Assembly (NCBI RefSeq): GCF_006345805.1 | Contig: NW_021835062.1 | Location: forward strand, 1 to 42,752 | Direction of reading: 5' to 3' | Source of the DNA: Octopus sinensis | Taxonomy: Eukaryota | DNA length: 42,752 nt | Part shown: positions 22,851-36,840 of the stretch, one piece after another | Numbering within the stretch: the first letter of the stretch is position 1 | Layout of the letters: the number at the start of each line of letters is the position of its first letter | Notes under the pieces: model-generated | The model's database searches: none | Told to the model about the DNA's origin: nothing | The model's input: only the letters and a program-made list of their open reading frames with translations | Position numbers and translations under genes: made by a program

Positions 22851-24224
22851 TTAACTAAACTCATTTCTCTTTCCAGTTTCCTTATCTAAATCTTCACTAT
22901 CTTCAATCTAGTAACAAAGTGATTTTCCATCAAGCAATTAGTTTCTTTTTCTACATTCGCCAATTCGTTTCTTCCACGTCTTCTAATTCAAGTCTTTCAA
23001 ATATATCTTTCACATATATCAATTTAATGTAAGTTAACTCTATTCTTTATTCTTCAATGGAATGTTTTTTTCTACCTGTCCACCATTCCGCCTACTCATT
23101 CTGAGCCAAAGTTTACCACCTCTCCTTTCACTATTCTTCAACCTATCCATTATTTATTGAGAATTCTTCATCTGCACCTGAATATTTCAAAAATTTCCAT
23201 TAGGAATGAAACAGACTGAAGCCTCTAAGCGTTTATTTCGAATTAATGTTTTAATTCAGCTAACTATGCTTTTAGTACAATTATTTTAGTCATGGCTTAC
23301 TTTCAAGTATATATACACCAGCAGTACACATACCTACATACAAACTTGCATATGAGTCTATCTGAGCGTTAGTCCATTTTTATGGAGGGGAAGCATGTGA
23401 GAATTTTTTTCTCAGAACAAAAGATAATATTTTTTTGGCGTGCAAAATATTAATTTTACTATATCTGCACATGGACCGTTTCGACATTGCTTCCATCTTT
23501 GGTGCAAATGGTTTAACGACGACTCTACTTTATACTTTATATTTTTACAGTTCGCAAAAATAAAAGAATTAACATAATAATATGATAAAATAGTTGTGTT
23601 GTTTTAGAGCAGAAAGTCAGGAAGCTGTTTATGGTTGAAAGAATATAAATTAAAATAAATGATGTAATGATTTCTTTACTTTCAGCTTAAGGTTTGTGAT
23701 TAGTAGATCAGAAATTCAAATAGTGGACGAGATACCTTGTGATGATTTCCATTTAGATTTTTTCTTCAATTTCATTCATTCCGAATATGTATTTGAGGGG
23801 TAGACATAGTTCCAAGCCAATTTTTGTCAGCCGTCTGAGAGCTATATATGCCGCAGCTTTGAATGCGTGTATGAGAACTTTATACAAGTAATAGTTCGGC
23901 CGTTCGTTCATTCTCCTGGTATAGGTATTTTTTTAATGTATTTCATAATATTTCTCTATCTTCTGACGGATAGGTTCAACATAAAAAATAACTAAATGCA
24001 GAAAAATGGGCACGAAACTATATGTATGTGTCCTTAGGGATATATATAGAAATTTTGAAACTAAGAGGAAAATGGAAAACTTTTGCGAAAAAATGTAGTC
24101 CAACATTTGAATTATATATTGAAATTAACCAGTTGGTGACCACATGTTTAATAAACATATAAAGCGGGTGATGAAGCTATAAGTTTTTCAGCATGTCAGT
24201 GAAGGAGTTCTAGCTGGAAAATAC

Positions 24225-24642
24225 CTATTTCTTTACTACCCACAAGGGGCTACACACAGAGAGGACAAACAAAGACAGACAAACGGATTAAGTCGATTAT
24301 ATCGACCCCAGTGCATAACTGGTACTTAATTTATCGACCCCGAAAGGATGAAAGGCAAAGTCGACCTCGGTGGAATTTGAACTCAGAACGTAACGGCAGA
24401 CGAAATACCTATTTCTTTTTTGCTCACAAGGGGCTAAACACAGAGAGGACAAACAAGGACAGACAAACGGATAAAGTCGATTATATCGACCCCAGTGCGT
24501 AACTGGTACTTATTTAATCGACCCCGAAAGGATGAAAGGCAAAGTCGACCTCGGCGGAATTTGAACTCAGAACGTAACAGCAGACGAAATACGGCTACGT
24601 ATTTCGCCCTGCGTGCTAACGCGTCTGTCACCTCACCGCCTT
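24225..24642 (-). mobile_element. Family-B SINE dimer
   Basis: Two bodies and one head; flanked on both sides by ttct(a/c)gctggaaaata. Confidence 0.9.
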
Positions 24643-25204
24643 CTCGCTGGAAAATAGCTTGGATGAAACTTTGGTGAAATCCATTTTCGTAACTCAGTTA
24701 CTTTCCCTGTTTCCAGTGATACAGTTTGGCCCTCGGTTTGGTCTCCGTCGGAGTTCAATGTTGACATTGTGTATCAATTCATTGGTCGGCTGACTCAGTA
24801 TATATGGGATGAAAACTGGCAATTAGTTACGATAATCTATGTATAGGGTTAGCAGAATGCCTCCAATCTCCTTTTCCACAAAAGAATATAACTCTGATCT
24901 TATTGGATTTATCTCCCTTTGTGGTTATATAATAACAACTCTATTTACGTACCATACGATAGATAACGCTGGGGACATACTTAACTACACAATGTTGCAT
25001 CTATCATTAATAGATAGGTGTTAAACAGTTTCATTGTTACTGAGAACATATTTATGGAAAATGCACACGTGTCATATAAGATTTGATTTCAATTTAATTT
25101 AACAAATATTTATCTTTTCAAAATTAATGTTTATTCACCATGGAATCTGAATAAGTTTAATTATAAGCAATTTGCCTCCCAGAGTGGCAATATATATATA
25201 TATA

Positions 25205-25603
25205 CTAGCAGTATCGCCCGGCGTTGCTCGGGTTTGTAAGGGAAATAACTATATAAGCATTTTTAGAGATGTAATGTATAATAGCCATCTCAATATGGCT
25301 AACCACAAAGGTGGTGTGTTACTGTAGCTTTTTACGTTCTGAGATTTAATAATACATTTTTAGAGAGTTACTTCCCTTATATAATAGCGGAAAAAATGCA
25401 TTAAAAATGGGAAAAATTGATGGTAATTTTTTTTTAAATCGTAGACTCATCGTAAACGCGCGCTAGTACCCAGAAGGGCTCGATATGAATCATGACTATA
25501 AGATACCCGGTTTTGGTTACACTGCACCGCAAAATGTGGGAGTAGTTAGGAATCTAAATCGTAGGAGACAGACAGCACACAACCTTACTTTTATATATAA
25601 AGA
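25205..25603 (-). mobile_element. Non-autonomous Helitron, family 1, copy 2
   Basis: Same termini as 557-959. Confidence 0.8.
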
Positions 25604-26014
25604 TATATATTCCTAATATTACTCGATATATGATTGGTAACGCCCTAGTGTAGTAAATGCGAGTGTTACTACTCAACCAGTAAAAGGAAATCGAATTCTA
25701 ACGATGATGAAACGGAAGTTGAAACGAACTAGTTGATTAGCCTATTTGATCTTTCTCTTAGGCTGATAAGAGACCCTTTCGCTTAAACACCGAGGCTATT
25801 TTCAAACCGAGGCTATACAAATATATTTTATCAAACACATAATCGTCGCTTTGCTTCCTGTTGTAATACCACATAAACTGCATGGCTGCTCCAGGTAACA
25901 CTCACGGGCAATTTTGTATGGCCAAATAAATAACGCTGGTTTCAGTCTTCATCATGCTCGTAATATTCATAAAGTAAGTGATCGCTACTGCCTCCAGCTA
26001 TCTGAGAAAAGTCG

Positions 26015-26097
26015 TTTATATATATATATATTATATATATAATATATATATATATATAATATATATAGTATATATGCATGTATGTATGTATTCTATA

Positions 26098-26143
<46 letters not shown>

Positions 26144-26239
26144 ATATATAATATATATGTATGTATATATCTATATAGGTATGTATATATATATTATGTA
26201 TGTATATTATATATATTATACATACAATATATATATATA

Positions 26240-26296
<57 letters not shown>

Positions 26297-26339
26297 TATT
26301 ATATATATAGATATAGATATATATGTATATATGTTATAT

Positions 26340-26378
<39 letters not shown>

Positions 26379-26597
26379 CTAGGCAAATCAAAAATAAAAA
26401 CAAAACTAAAAACAAAAACAACAGAAGTTAAAATAAATACACACACATACATACATACATACATACATATATACAAATGTGTGTGTTCGCCTGTTTATAT
26501 GTATGTGTATCCGTTCGTCTGAGATGAAAATTGATGTTTATTTTAATATAAATGTTCGTAAATCTTGAAGTGTTTTGTATGCATATTCTTGTCTCTG

Positions 26598-26669
<72 letters not shown>

Positions 26670-26957
26670 CAGAGACTATAAGAGAATAAGGAGAAAGGAA
26701 CTGACACTGAAAGAGGAAAAGTCAGAGAGTGAGACGAACATATATAAATACAAGCATATATATATTATATATACCAGTGTGTATGTATAATGTCAGAATT
26801 TTATTGATGTGTACTGTTAAATTTCCGAACGTTTTTCATATCTTTGTACATCGACTTTAAATGCGTATGTATGTTTGTGTGTATGTGTGTATGTATGTAT
26901 GTATGTTTGTATATGTTTGTATATGGGCCTAAATGTGTGCGTTCATGTGTCCGTATG

Positions 26958-26988
<31 letters not shown>

Positions 26989-27261
26989 GTATGTATGTAT
27001 GTATGTATGTATGTATGTATGTATGTATGTATGTATGTGTGCGTGTATGTATGTATGTATGTATGTATGTATTTATGTATGTATGTATGTACGCATGTAT
27101 GTATGTATGTATGTATTTATGTATGTATGTATGTGTGTGTGTATGTATGTATGTATATATCTATGTATATATTTATGTATGTATGTATGTATATATGTAT
27201 GTATGCATGTATGTATGTATATATGTATGTTTGTATATATGTATGTATGCATGTATGTAAG

Positions 27262-27295
<34 letters not shown>

Positions 27296-27327
27296 TGTAT
27301 GTGTATGTATGCATGCATGTATGTAAG

Positions 27328-27362
<35 letters not shown>

Positions 27363-27480
27363 GTATGTATCTATGTATGTATTTATATATGTTGTATGTA
27401 TGTATGTGTGTGTGTGTATGTATGTATGTATATATGTACGCATGTATGTACGACTGTCTGTATGTATATATGTTTGTCTA
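26015..27480. repeat. (TA)n, (TG)n and (TATG)n microsatellite block
   Basis: Seen directly. Confidence 0.95.
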
Positions 27481-27891
27481 TGTTTGTCTATGTTTTGTAT
27501 GTGTTTGCTAAATTCTCCTTCCATGCCACTCTCCACTCCGTCACCCATTTATTTCCCTGCCAATCAACTAAGTGGTTTGGTCTACTGGTGTCATTTGCAT
27601 TTCTCTGCAGTCATAAGCAGATCAAGCGCCACCTACACAACCACCCCGCCATCAGCAACCACGGCTGCAACCATTACAACCACTACAAGCACTGCGTCAC
27701 CATCAGCGTAAGCATAATCATCATGGACACCAATATCTCTACCACCACGAACCAGCAATGACGTCTCTCACGCCACCAAGAACATCATCAACCTCGCCAC
27801 CGGCGCCACCAGCATCTCCGCCTTCACTGCTACCACTACCACTGGCATTAACACCGCCGCCGCCACCGGCAGTAGCACTGCCACCACAAAC

Positions 27892-28054
27892 TATTTCTTT
27901 ACTTCCCACAAGGGGCTAAACACAGAGAGGACAAACAAGGACCGACAAACGGATTAAGTCGATTATATCGACCCCAGTGCGTAACTGGTACTTATTTAAT
28001 CGACCCCGAAAGGATGAAAGGCTAAGTCGACCTCGGCGGAATTTGAACTCAGAA
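27892..28054 (-). mobile_element. 5'-truncated family-B SINE
   Basis: Body without head. Confidence 0.85.
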
Positions 28055-28138
28055 CACTGAACTACAATCACCAACAGCAACAACACCGCCGCCAACATCG
28101 ACTATAACAGTATCGCCAACGCAGCCGCCGACATCACC

Positions 28139-28533
28139 AGGCGCAGGCGTGGCCGTGTGGTAAGTAGCTTGCTTACCAACCAGATGGTTCCGGGTTCCGC
28201 CCTACTGCGTAGCAACTTGGTCAAGTGTCTTCTACTATAACCTCAGGCCGACCAAAGCCTTGTGAGTGGATTTGGGACACGAACATGAAAGAAGCCTGTT
28301 GTATGTGTGTGTGTGTGTGTTTGTCCGTGGTTGTTACCCCACCACCGCTTGACAACCAGTGTTTGTGTGTTTACGTCCCCGTAACATAGCGGTTCGGCAA
28401 GAGAAACCGATAGAATAATTACCAGGCATAACAAAAAGTATGTACTGGGGTCGATTAATTCGACTAATAAATTCTGCAAGGTGGTGCCCCAGCATGGGCG
28501 CAGTCTAATGACTGAAACAAGCGAAAGAATAAA
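28139..28533 (+). mobile_element. Family-A SINE
   Basis: Head, core and tail all present. Confidence 0.85.
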
Positions 28534-28762
28534 AGGTAAGCGATACCACCACCACTATCTCTACATCACCACCGCACCCACCGCTCTCACTGCCACCCCC
28601 CCCCCCACAAAAATCACAACCTACGCAAACAAGAGCTACAACAGGAACACAACGAACAATGAGAACAACACCACCATCACCAAGAATATCATTAACATCC
28701 ATCGCTATCATCAGTGGCGCCATCACTACGGCAGGTGGCCATTGTCATAACTACCGCAGGTG

Positions 28763-29150
28763 CCTATTTCTTTATTACCCACAAGGGGCTAAACAAGGAC
28801 AGACATAGGTATTAAGTCGATTACGTCGACCCCAGTGCGTAACTGGTACTTAATTTATCGACCCCGAAAGGATGAAAGGCAGAAAGACAATCGAAATATC
28901 GCTAAGCATTTCGCCCGGCGTGCTAACGTTTCTTATTTCTTTATTGCCTACAAAGTGCCAAACAAGGACAGACAAAGGGATTAAGTCGATTACATCGACC
29001 CCAGTGCGTAACTGGTACTTTATTTATCGACCCCGAAAAGATGAAAGGCAAAGTCGACCTCGGCGGAATTTGAACTCAGAACGTAACGGCAGACGGAATA
29101 CGGCTACGCATTTCGCCCGGCGTGCTAACGATTCTGCCAGCTCGCCGCCT
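28763..29150 (-). mobile_element. Family-B SINE dimer/nested pair
   Basis: Two bodies joined at gctaacgtttc|ttatttc (~28931). Confidence 0.85.
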
Positions 29151-29776
29151 TAGGTCCCGCCAGCGAAAAGCACCGCCGTCAGAAACATCACAGCCACCAT
29201 CATCACAAACAACAACAGCACCGCCACTGTCCCTGTTTCTCTCATTATTCGAGCAACTAGTAAAATCGCCATCACTGACATAACTGACACCGAAACCAAT
29301 ACAATCACTGCCATTATTCCTTTAAACAAACATTACCACCGTCTCCACGCCAGCCTCAACAGTTGGCACTTTATAGATTAGCATTGCCATTAACTCCTTT
29401 GGCATTATTTAGATCCCAGCCCAACCCACTTTGAGCAGTATTGCGTTTGAACTACATTATTCAATGATCTGACTGTTTTTGAGACGGCATCGTGTTAAAT
29501 CGAACTAGATTGACTACTATTTCTAACTGGCCGATTTCACCCCGACCCCACAACACACGCGCGTACACACACGCACACGTATGTATGTATGTATGTATGT
29601 ATGCATGTATGTATGTATGTATGTATGTATGTATGTATGCATGTATGCATGTATGTATGTATGTATGCATATGGAGGCGTATGTGTGTGTATATATATAT
29701 ATATATATAAACAATGCGAAGCGCATTGTGAACAGCGATGTGTAGCAACATCTGATGGCCTGGTCGGTCACGTGAT

Positions 29777-29835
<59 letters not shown>

Positions 29836-29838
29836 CAC

Positions 29839-30003
29839 AGGCGCAGGAGTGGCTGTGTGGAAAGTAGCTAACTTACCAACTACAAGGTTCCGGGTTCAGT
29901 CCCACTGCGTGGCACCTTCGGCAAGTGTCTTCTACTACAGCCTCGGACCGATCAAAGCCTTGTGAGTGGATTTGGTAGACGGAAACTGAAAGAAGCCCGT
30001 CGT
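29839..30003 (+). mobile_element. Family-A SINE, 5' half
   Basis: Head and core, then a TA tract that abuts the Tc1/mariner copy. Confidence 0.8.
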
Positions 30004-30022
30004 ATATATATATATATATATC

Positions 30023-30831
30023 GTGCGATGGGTAAATTGTTGCCATTTTATATTTTTAATTTCACGCATGCACATTGTTTTTGATTTTGTCCACTACCCA
30101 GTGTAGTAGAGTCAGTCGGGCACCGTCTGTGAGTAAAACAGCAGCATGACGCAATTCACTCTGCCAGAAATTTGGAAACGACATGCTGTACCGCTTGGCA
30201 TTTGCGCCGGATGATCCAGTATAAACAGATGGGGAACACACAGAACAATCGTTGGCTTGTCGTGACCCCAAAACATATACTAAGAGCGATAAACATCAAA
30301 CATCCAGTCAACATCAAGGTGTTTGGCGTGATCACTAGTGATGAGGAAGTTATGCCTACATTCATTTTCCCACACGGCCTCACATTTAACATGGAGGCCT
30401 CCATCAAGTGCCTGGAGGAGATAGTGCTACTCTGGGCCAAGATGGTGGCTGCGGGAAGTCCCTGTGTCTGGCAACAGGACTCTGCACAAGCAGAACTGTC
30501 AGGCAACTTTTGCGACCACATCACCCCTACCATCTGGCCCCTTAACTCCACAGACTGCAATCCCTTGATTATTATGTGTGGGTGCACTTGAGCGAGAGAC
30601 CAACAACACTCCTTGTAACACCAAAGAGGAACTGAAGGCAAAAGAGTTGCAGGAGATTCCAAAGTCGTCTGAAGGCCGTGGTTGAAACCAATGGCGATTT
30701 TATTAAATAAATCTACTCTTTAGTATTTCAAGATATTTTAATGAAATTTTGGTAAGTATATCTATGAAAATGAGTTGTCAGTGTTGTTTCATTTTTGTTG
30801 ATTTAGACGACAGTTTATTCACCACACCCTG
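30023..30831 (+). mobile_element. Internally deleted Tc1/mariner (maT-like) transposon, copy 2
   Basis: ORF 30172-30591 contains KHPVNIKVFGVITSD...VWQQDSA...IWPLNSTDCNPL; ends match 3552-4933. Confidence 0.85.
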
Positions 30832-30887
30832 ACGCGAAACTCCATAACTCCTTCTTCTCTCTTTCTTTCACCCTCTTTTGCTTCCTT

Positions 30888-30918
<31 letters not shown>

Positions 30919-31966
30919 ACTCCTCATCTCTCTCACAGCCGGCTCTACGAACTTCCTTTTGCCGGCGGCCTTATTCAAGTAAACATGTTTCTTCCTGCGC
31001 TCGTGAAAAAATATTTTTTTCCCTCGTCTAGGCTTATAGGCCCTCTTTATTTGTTTTCCTGTCCTGTTTCTATTCATCCTTGTACTGTATTTCTTGTAAT
31101 TGTATTTTTATTTTGTATTTGTTTTTAATTGTATTGTTTTTACGTCCTGTTTTTGTCACATTTGTTTCCTTGTTTTTACCCCTCTGCAAAGGAATTTTAT
31201 TTAATTCTTTCGCGGGAAGGATTAGTTCGACGAGACGTGTTCTGTCCTCACCTTCGAAACAAGCTGGAGTTGAACTAGGAACGGCTGAAGAAGGGGATTT
31301 TTCTTTGTGTAGTTGTCTTGTACTCTGTTTTTTTCGTTGTTAAAGGAATGGTCCGTTCCATGCTGTTTTTACGTTTTCGTTTCTCGTTGAGTTCTACGTC
31401 TAATTGTCCAGTACACACGTATATTTATTTATATATGCATGTATATATACATGTAGTTACGTACATATATGTTTGTATGTATGCATATATTTTATTTATT
31501 ACACTATTATATATATATATATATGTCGTTGCTATTATTTTAAACTGTCGTATGACCAAATTTGGTCAAATGCGTTTTTTCAATATTTATTTTTGCTTAC
31601 AATAGCCGGTTCTTTTGGTCAAACTATCGTATCTCCAGCTGCTTCAGATGCCAAGACACGAAAATTGGTCAAAGTGTAGTGCAATGGTTTAACATTTTCC
31701 AAAAGTGTAGTAAGTCCCACAAATGACAGTTCTGCAAAAATATTTCTGACCGAAAATATCATACATGCATAGGGTTAGGATTTTATGAACCCAACAAAGT
31801 ATTATCGTTAAGCTGAAACTGTTGCTAATGTAAAAAGGAATGGAATGGTGAAACTTTTTTCTGAAAAAGCAACGTTTTAGACTTACTACACTTTTGCATA
31901 ATAACGATGGATACATACATACATACTTACACATACATAACACGCATCTTATATATATATTATATA

Positions 31967-32014
<48 letters not shown>

Positions 32015-32062
32015 TATATTATAATATATAAGTTTTTTGTGCATTTTGATGTCGACATAAGT

Positions 32063-32159
32063 TCCTTGATTTTCCTGATGAGAAATCTGCATAATGGACT
32101 CCTTATTCCTTCAGAATTAGGAATATGCACCCTTCGAAACATATGTCGAGAATAAAGGA
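32063..32159 (+). ncRNA. Type I hammerhead ribozyme, core apparently intact
   Basis: Stem I tccttgattttc / gagaataaagga; CTGATGA (32075-32081); stem II gaa/ttc extended by tgcata/tatgca; GAAA (32136-32139); stem III ACATATGT; GTC triplet (32145-32147). Confidence 0.75.
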
Positions 32160-32396
32160 TATTTGTTAACTAGTCGTTCAACTCCATTCTTTCATATACT
32201 TATATATTATATATAATATATATTATATATATATATATATTATAATATATATATATATATATACTATATATACATATACATACTACATACATACATACAT
32301 TACATACATACACGACATACATACAACATACATACATACATACATAAATAATACATACATAAACACGCATACACACACAGATACATATATATGAAT

Positions 32397-32438
<42 letters not shown>

Positions 32439-32490
32439 TGTGGTGTAAAGTAATAGGAGATAGTCAGGATTCTGGATAAAAATTATTTAT

Positions 32491-32527
32491 TTAGCGCTTT
32501 CATCTCTTTTGAGAGATTCATCATGAA
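32491..32527 (-). ncRNA. Degenerate minimal hammerhead
   Basis: Minus strand reads aTGATGA-ATCTCT-caaa-AGAGAT-GAAA-GCGC-TA. C3 is replaced by A and stem I is weak. Confidence 0.45.
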
Positions 32528-32919
32528 TGATATATTTATAGGAAAAAATCATATCTTTTAACTTTATGTGATTTACTTGGGAAAAGATCTGGAGTTGAAT
32601 TAGGAAGAGAATTTTTTACTTTGTTATTGCTCGTGTGTATATGTGTGTATATATGTGTGTATATATATGAGTGTGTATGTATGTGTAAGTATATGTGTAA
32701 TGAATTTTTGAAGGCTTGGTTAGAGAGAGAGCGAGAAAAGAAAGAAAGAAAGAAAGACAGGAAGAAAGATTTTAAAAAGAAAGAGAAAAAAAAGGAATCT
32801 TTTTCAGAGATGGTTGGAATTGATGACAAGTCAAAAAGTCAATTTTCTTTTAGACATTGCTTTTTTAACCAGTTGTAGGAAATAGAATTTTTCAAATTGT
32901 TTTGGAAGGTTCTTTAATG

Positions 32920-32953
32920 CGTGTCTGTGTGTGTGCGTCTGTGTGTGTGTGTC

Positions 32954-32986
<33 letters not shown>

Positions 32987-33366
32987 GTGTGTGTGTGGTG
33001 TGTGTATGTGTGTGTGTGTGTGCGTGCGTGTGTATGTGTGTGTGTGTATGTGTGTGTGTGTGCGTGCGTGCGTGTGTATGTGTGCGTGTGTGTATGGTGT
33101 GTGTGTCTGTGTGTGTGAGAGAGAGAGAGTGTGTGTGTGTGTGTGCGTGCGTGCGTGTGTATATGTGTGTGTGTGTATGTGTGTGTGCGTGCGTGCGTGT
33201 GTATGTGTGTGTGTGTGTGTGTATGTGTGTGCGTGTGCGTGCGTGTGTGTGTATGTGTGTGGGTGTACGTGCGTGCGTGTGTATGTGTGTGTGTGTATGT
33301 GTGTGTGTGCCTGTGTGTGTGAGAGAGAGAGAGAGAGTGTGTGTGTGTGTGTGTGCGTGCGTGCGT

Positions 33367-33398
<32 letters not shown>

Positions 33399-33400
33399 TG
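32920..33400. repeat. Compound (GT)n/(GA)n microsatellite
   Basis: Seen directly. Confidence 0.95.
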
Positions 33401-33563
33401 TGTATTGGTTGCTTCAGTGAATTTTTCCAGTCCTTTTAGTAATAGTAATGAGAACATTAATAATAGTATCCAGAGGTAATCTGATCTTGTTCATCTGGGA
33501 GACTAATTTATTTAATAAGCATTCTTCAGGTGTTTATAAATATTTTCTTTTTCTTTTCCATAC

Positions 33564-33878
33564 GTTTAGTTTAGATAAAAACTTTGTTTTTATAAAATGT
33601 AGTTCCATTGCCTTTCAGTACTTCGGGCATTTGTAGAAGGGAAAGATCTTGAATCTGTTGCTTCTGCATATTTCCTGATGTTTATTCAGCGGAATCTTAC
33701 GTAATTCTTTTTATCTGATGTGATGTCCATGGATGCTTGCACGTTGGCAAAGGGAATTGTTGGTTTCGCCACTACAATTCTCTTTACAACTGGACAAGGT
33801 TACGCAGTAAATGAGAGATTCTGTGTCTTGAAGCTCATATCTGCATTAGCTTGGAAGGATAATCCACTTTTAAATTTT
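33564..33878 (-). pseudogene. Penelope-like element GIY-YIG endonuclease remnant
   Basis: My translation: KFKSGLSFQANADMSFKTQN/LIYCVTLSSCKENCSGETNNSLCQRASIHGHHIR*KELRKIPLNKHQEICRSNRFKIFPFYKC...ELHFIK...KLN. This fits the PLE GIY-YIG pattern (NLIY..C..C...YIGET...R...H...E..FI....LN). Confidence 0.7.
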
Positions 33879-34349
33879 ATATGGGAACTAGTAACAAACA
33901 TTAGAAATAGTTGTTGCTAGATATTCCACATCTATAAACTCCACACTCCTTCGCAGAGAATTTTGAATTATCCGCTGATGTGAATTTGGCCGCGTTTTTT
34001 TCAATTTTAATTTATGGCTGAAGGTTATTGTTTCTTATAAGATTTTCATCAACCAGATTTTTTTATTTTGGGAATTTGTAAAAGTATTGGTAGGTTTGTT
34101 TTTATAGTGTCAAATATGTTGATCACTCATGGATTATGTGTACTGATAAATCGAATATTATCGTTAATTTTTTTTTTGGGGGGGAGGTTCCTTGGATGTT
34201 CAGTTTCATCGCCTTTATCGTTAATTGATATCTAGTATATATATATCACAGTATGTGTGTATAATGACTAACGCATACATTTCCACAATTCTCAACTGAT
34301 TTCACCAAACTTATATCTGTCCAAGGATGGCCATGCGTTGTAAATAGCC

Positions 34350-34705
34350 GTAATTCGTCTGCCGTTACGTTCTGAGTTCAAATCCCGCCGATGCCGACTT
34401 TGCCTTTCATCCTTTCGGGTCGATAAATTAAGTACCAGTTACGCACTGGAGTCGATGTATTCGACTTAATCCCTTTGTCTGTCCTTGTTGGCCCCCTGTG
34501 GGCAATAAAGAAACAAGAAACGTTAGCACGCCAGGCGAAATGCTTAGCGGTATTTCGTCTGTCTTTATGTTCTGAGTTCAAATTCTGCCGAGGTCGACTT
34601 TTCCATTCATCCTTTCGGTGGTCGATAAATTAAGTACCAGCTGCGCACTGGGGTCGACTGGCCTCCTTCCCAAAAATTTCGGGCATTGTGCCTAGAGTAG
34701 AAAAG
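34350..34705 (+). mobile_element. Family-B SINE tandem pair
   Basis: Two bodies joined at aaagaaac|aagaaacgttagc. Confidence 0.8.
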
Positions 34706-35062
34706 TATATATACAGAAGGTAGGCTCTCCAGTCGAAGACGTCGTAGGATTGTTCAGCTTTTGTGCCGAATGTGACCTACACAAATGATTTGTTTATAAT
34801 AGTGATCAAATGTTCATGCTGCGCATTAGCTGACTTTCTCCATCAAATCGACGTTGTCTGAACAGGGGCACGGTGTACCACGTGTCAAATGTCAAAGTGA
34901 TCGCAGAGCAACGCGAAACGAAGTATTTTGCTCAAGAACACAATACACCACCTGGTCTAGGAATTGAAACCACGATCTCGCGAAAATCAGTGCTACACCT
35001 GCACCAGTAGTCCATGTGTCCTCACTATATACATACATACATATATAATACATACATACATA

Positions 35063-35470
35063 CAGGCGCAGGAGTGGCTGTGTGGTAAGTAGCTTGCTAA
35101 CCAACCACACGGTTGCGGGTTCAGTCCCAATGCGTGGCATCTTGGGCAAGTGTCTTCTACCATAGCCCCGGGCCGACCAATGCCTTGTGAGTGGATTTGG
35201 TAGACAGAAACTGAAAGAAGCCTGTCGTATATATGTATATATATGTATATGTATGTGTGTGTATGTGTGTCCGTGTTTGCCCCCCTAGCATTGCTTGACA
35301 ACCGATGCTGGTGTGTTTACGTCCCCGTCACTTAGCGGTTCGGCAAAAGAGACCGATAGAATAAGTACTGGGCTTACAAAGAATAAGTTCCGGGGTCGAT
35401 TTGGTCGACTCAAGGCGGTGCTCCAGCATGACCGCAGTCAAATGACTGAAACAAGTAAAAGAGTAAAAGA
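35063..35470 (+). mobile_element. Family-A SINE, full length
   Basis: Head, core, internal microsatellite and tail all present. Confidence 0.9.
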
Positions 35471-35516
35471 GAGAGAGATACATATTTATATATATATATT
35501 ATATATATATATATAT

Positions 35517-35899
35517 TCGAGCAAAACGCCCCCGTCCAATGTACGGTGCTGACCGTCCTATAGGCCTCCCCTTTGAAGAAATACTGATTTAACCTAAATT
35601 TGAGACATCAACAAAAGAAGAAATAAAGATGAACATTTTTCTATTCCAAAGAAAACCGATTTTATTCACACAAATATGCAACCGAAGAGTTTAAAGTACC
35701 ATCGCAACAGTTGATGTACTTGCGCGTACAAATGCACCTTCCCACGGCTTTATCGATCGCATTCTCACCTGGAATCGATTTTTGTAATTTTTTAAAGACT
35801 TATACACGCCCTGAAATTTGAACGCAATCGGATGGAGGATGCCCGAGATCCTAGAAGACACACACACAAAGACAGACAGAACGGATTTTATATAATAGA
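35517..35899 (-). mobile_element. Helitron-like family 2
   Basis: Homologous to 20775-20956; ccgt...acgg hairpin near a mutated 3' end. Confidence 0.55.

Positions 35900-36840
<941 letters not shown>

Noticed and set aside
22860-23200. Purine-rich minus-strand stretch resembling coding sequence
   Set aside because: The frames I translated are broken by frequent stops (longest ATG ORF ~36 aa) and show no recognisable motif.
27600-29350. Thr/Ala-rich mucin-like coding region
   Set aside because: It is degenerate (ACC)n-type sequence interrupted by SINEs and stops.
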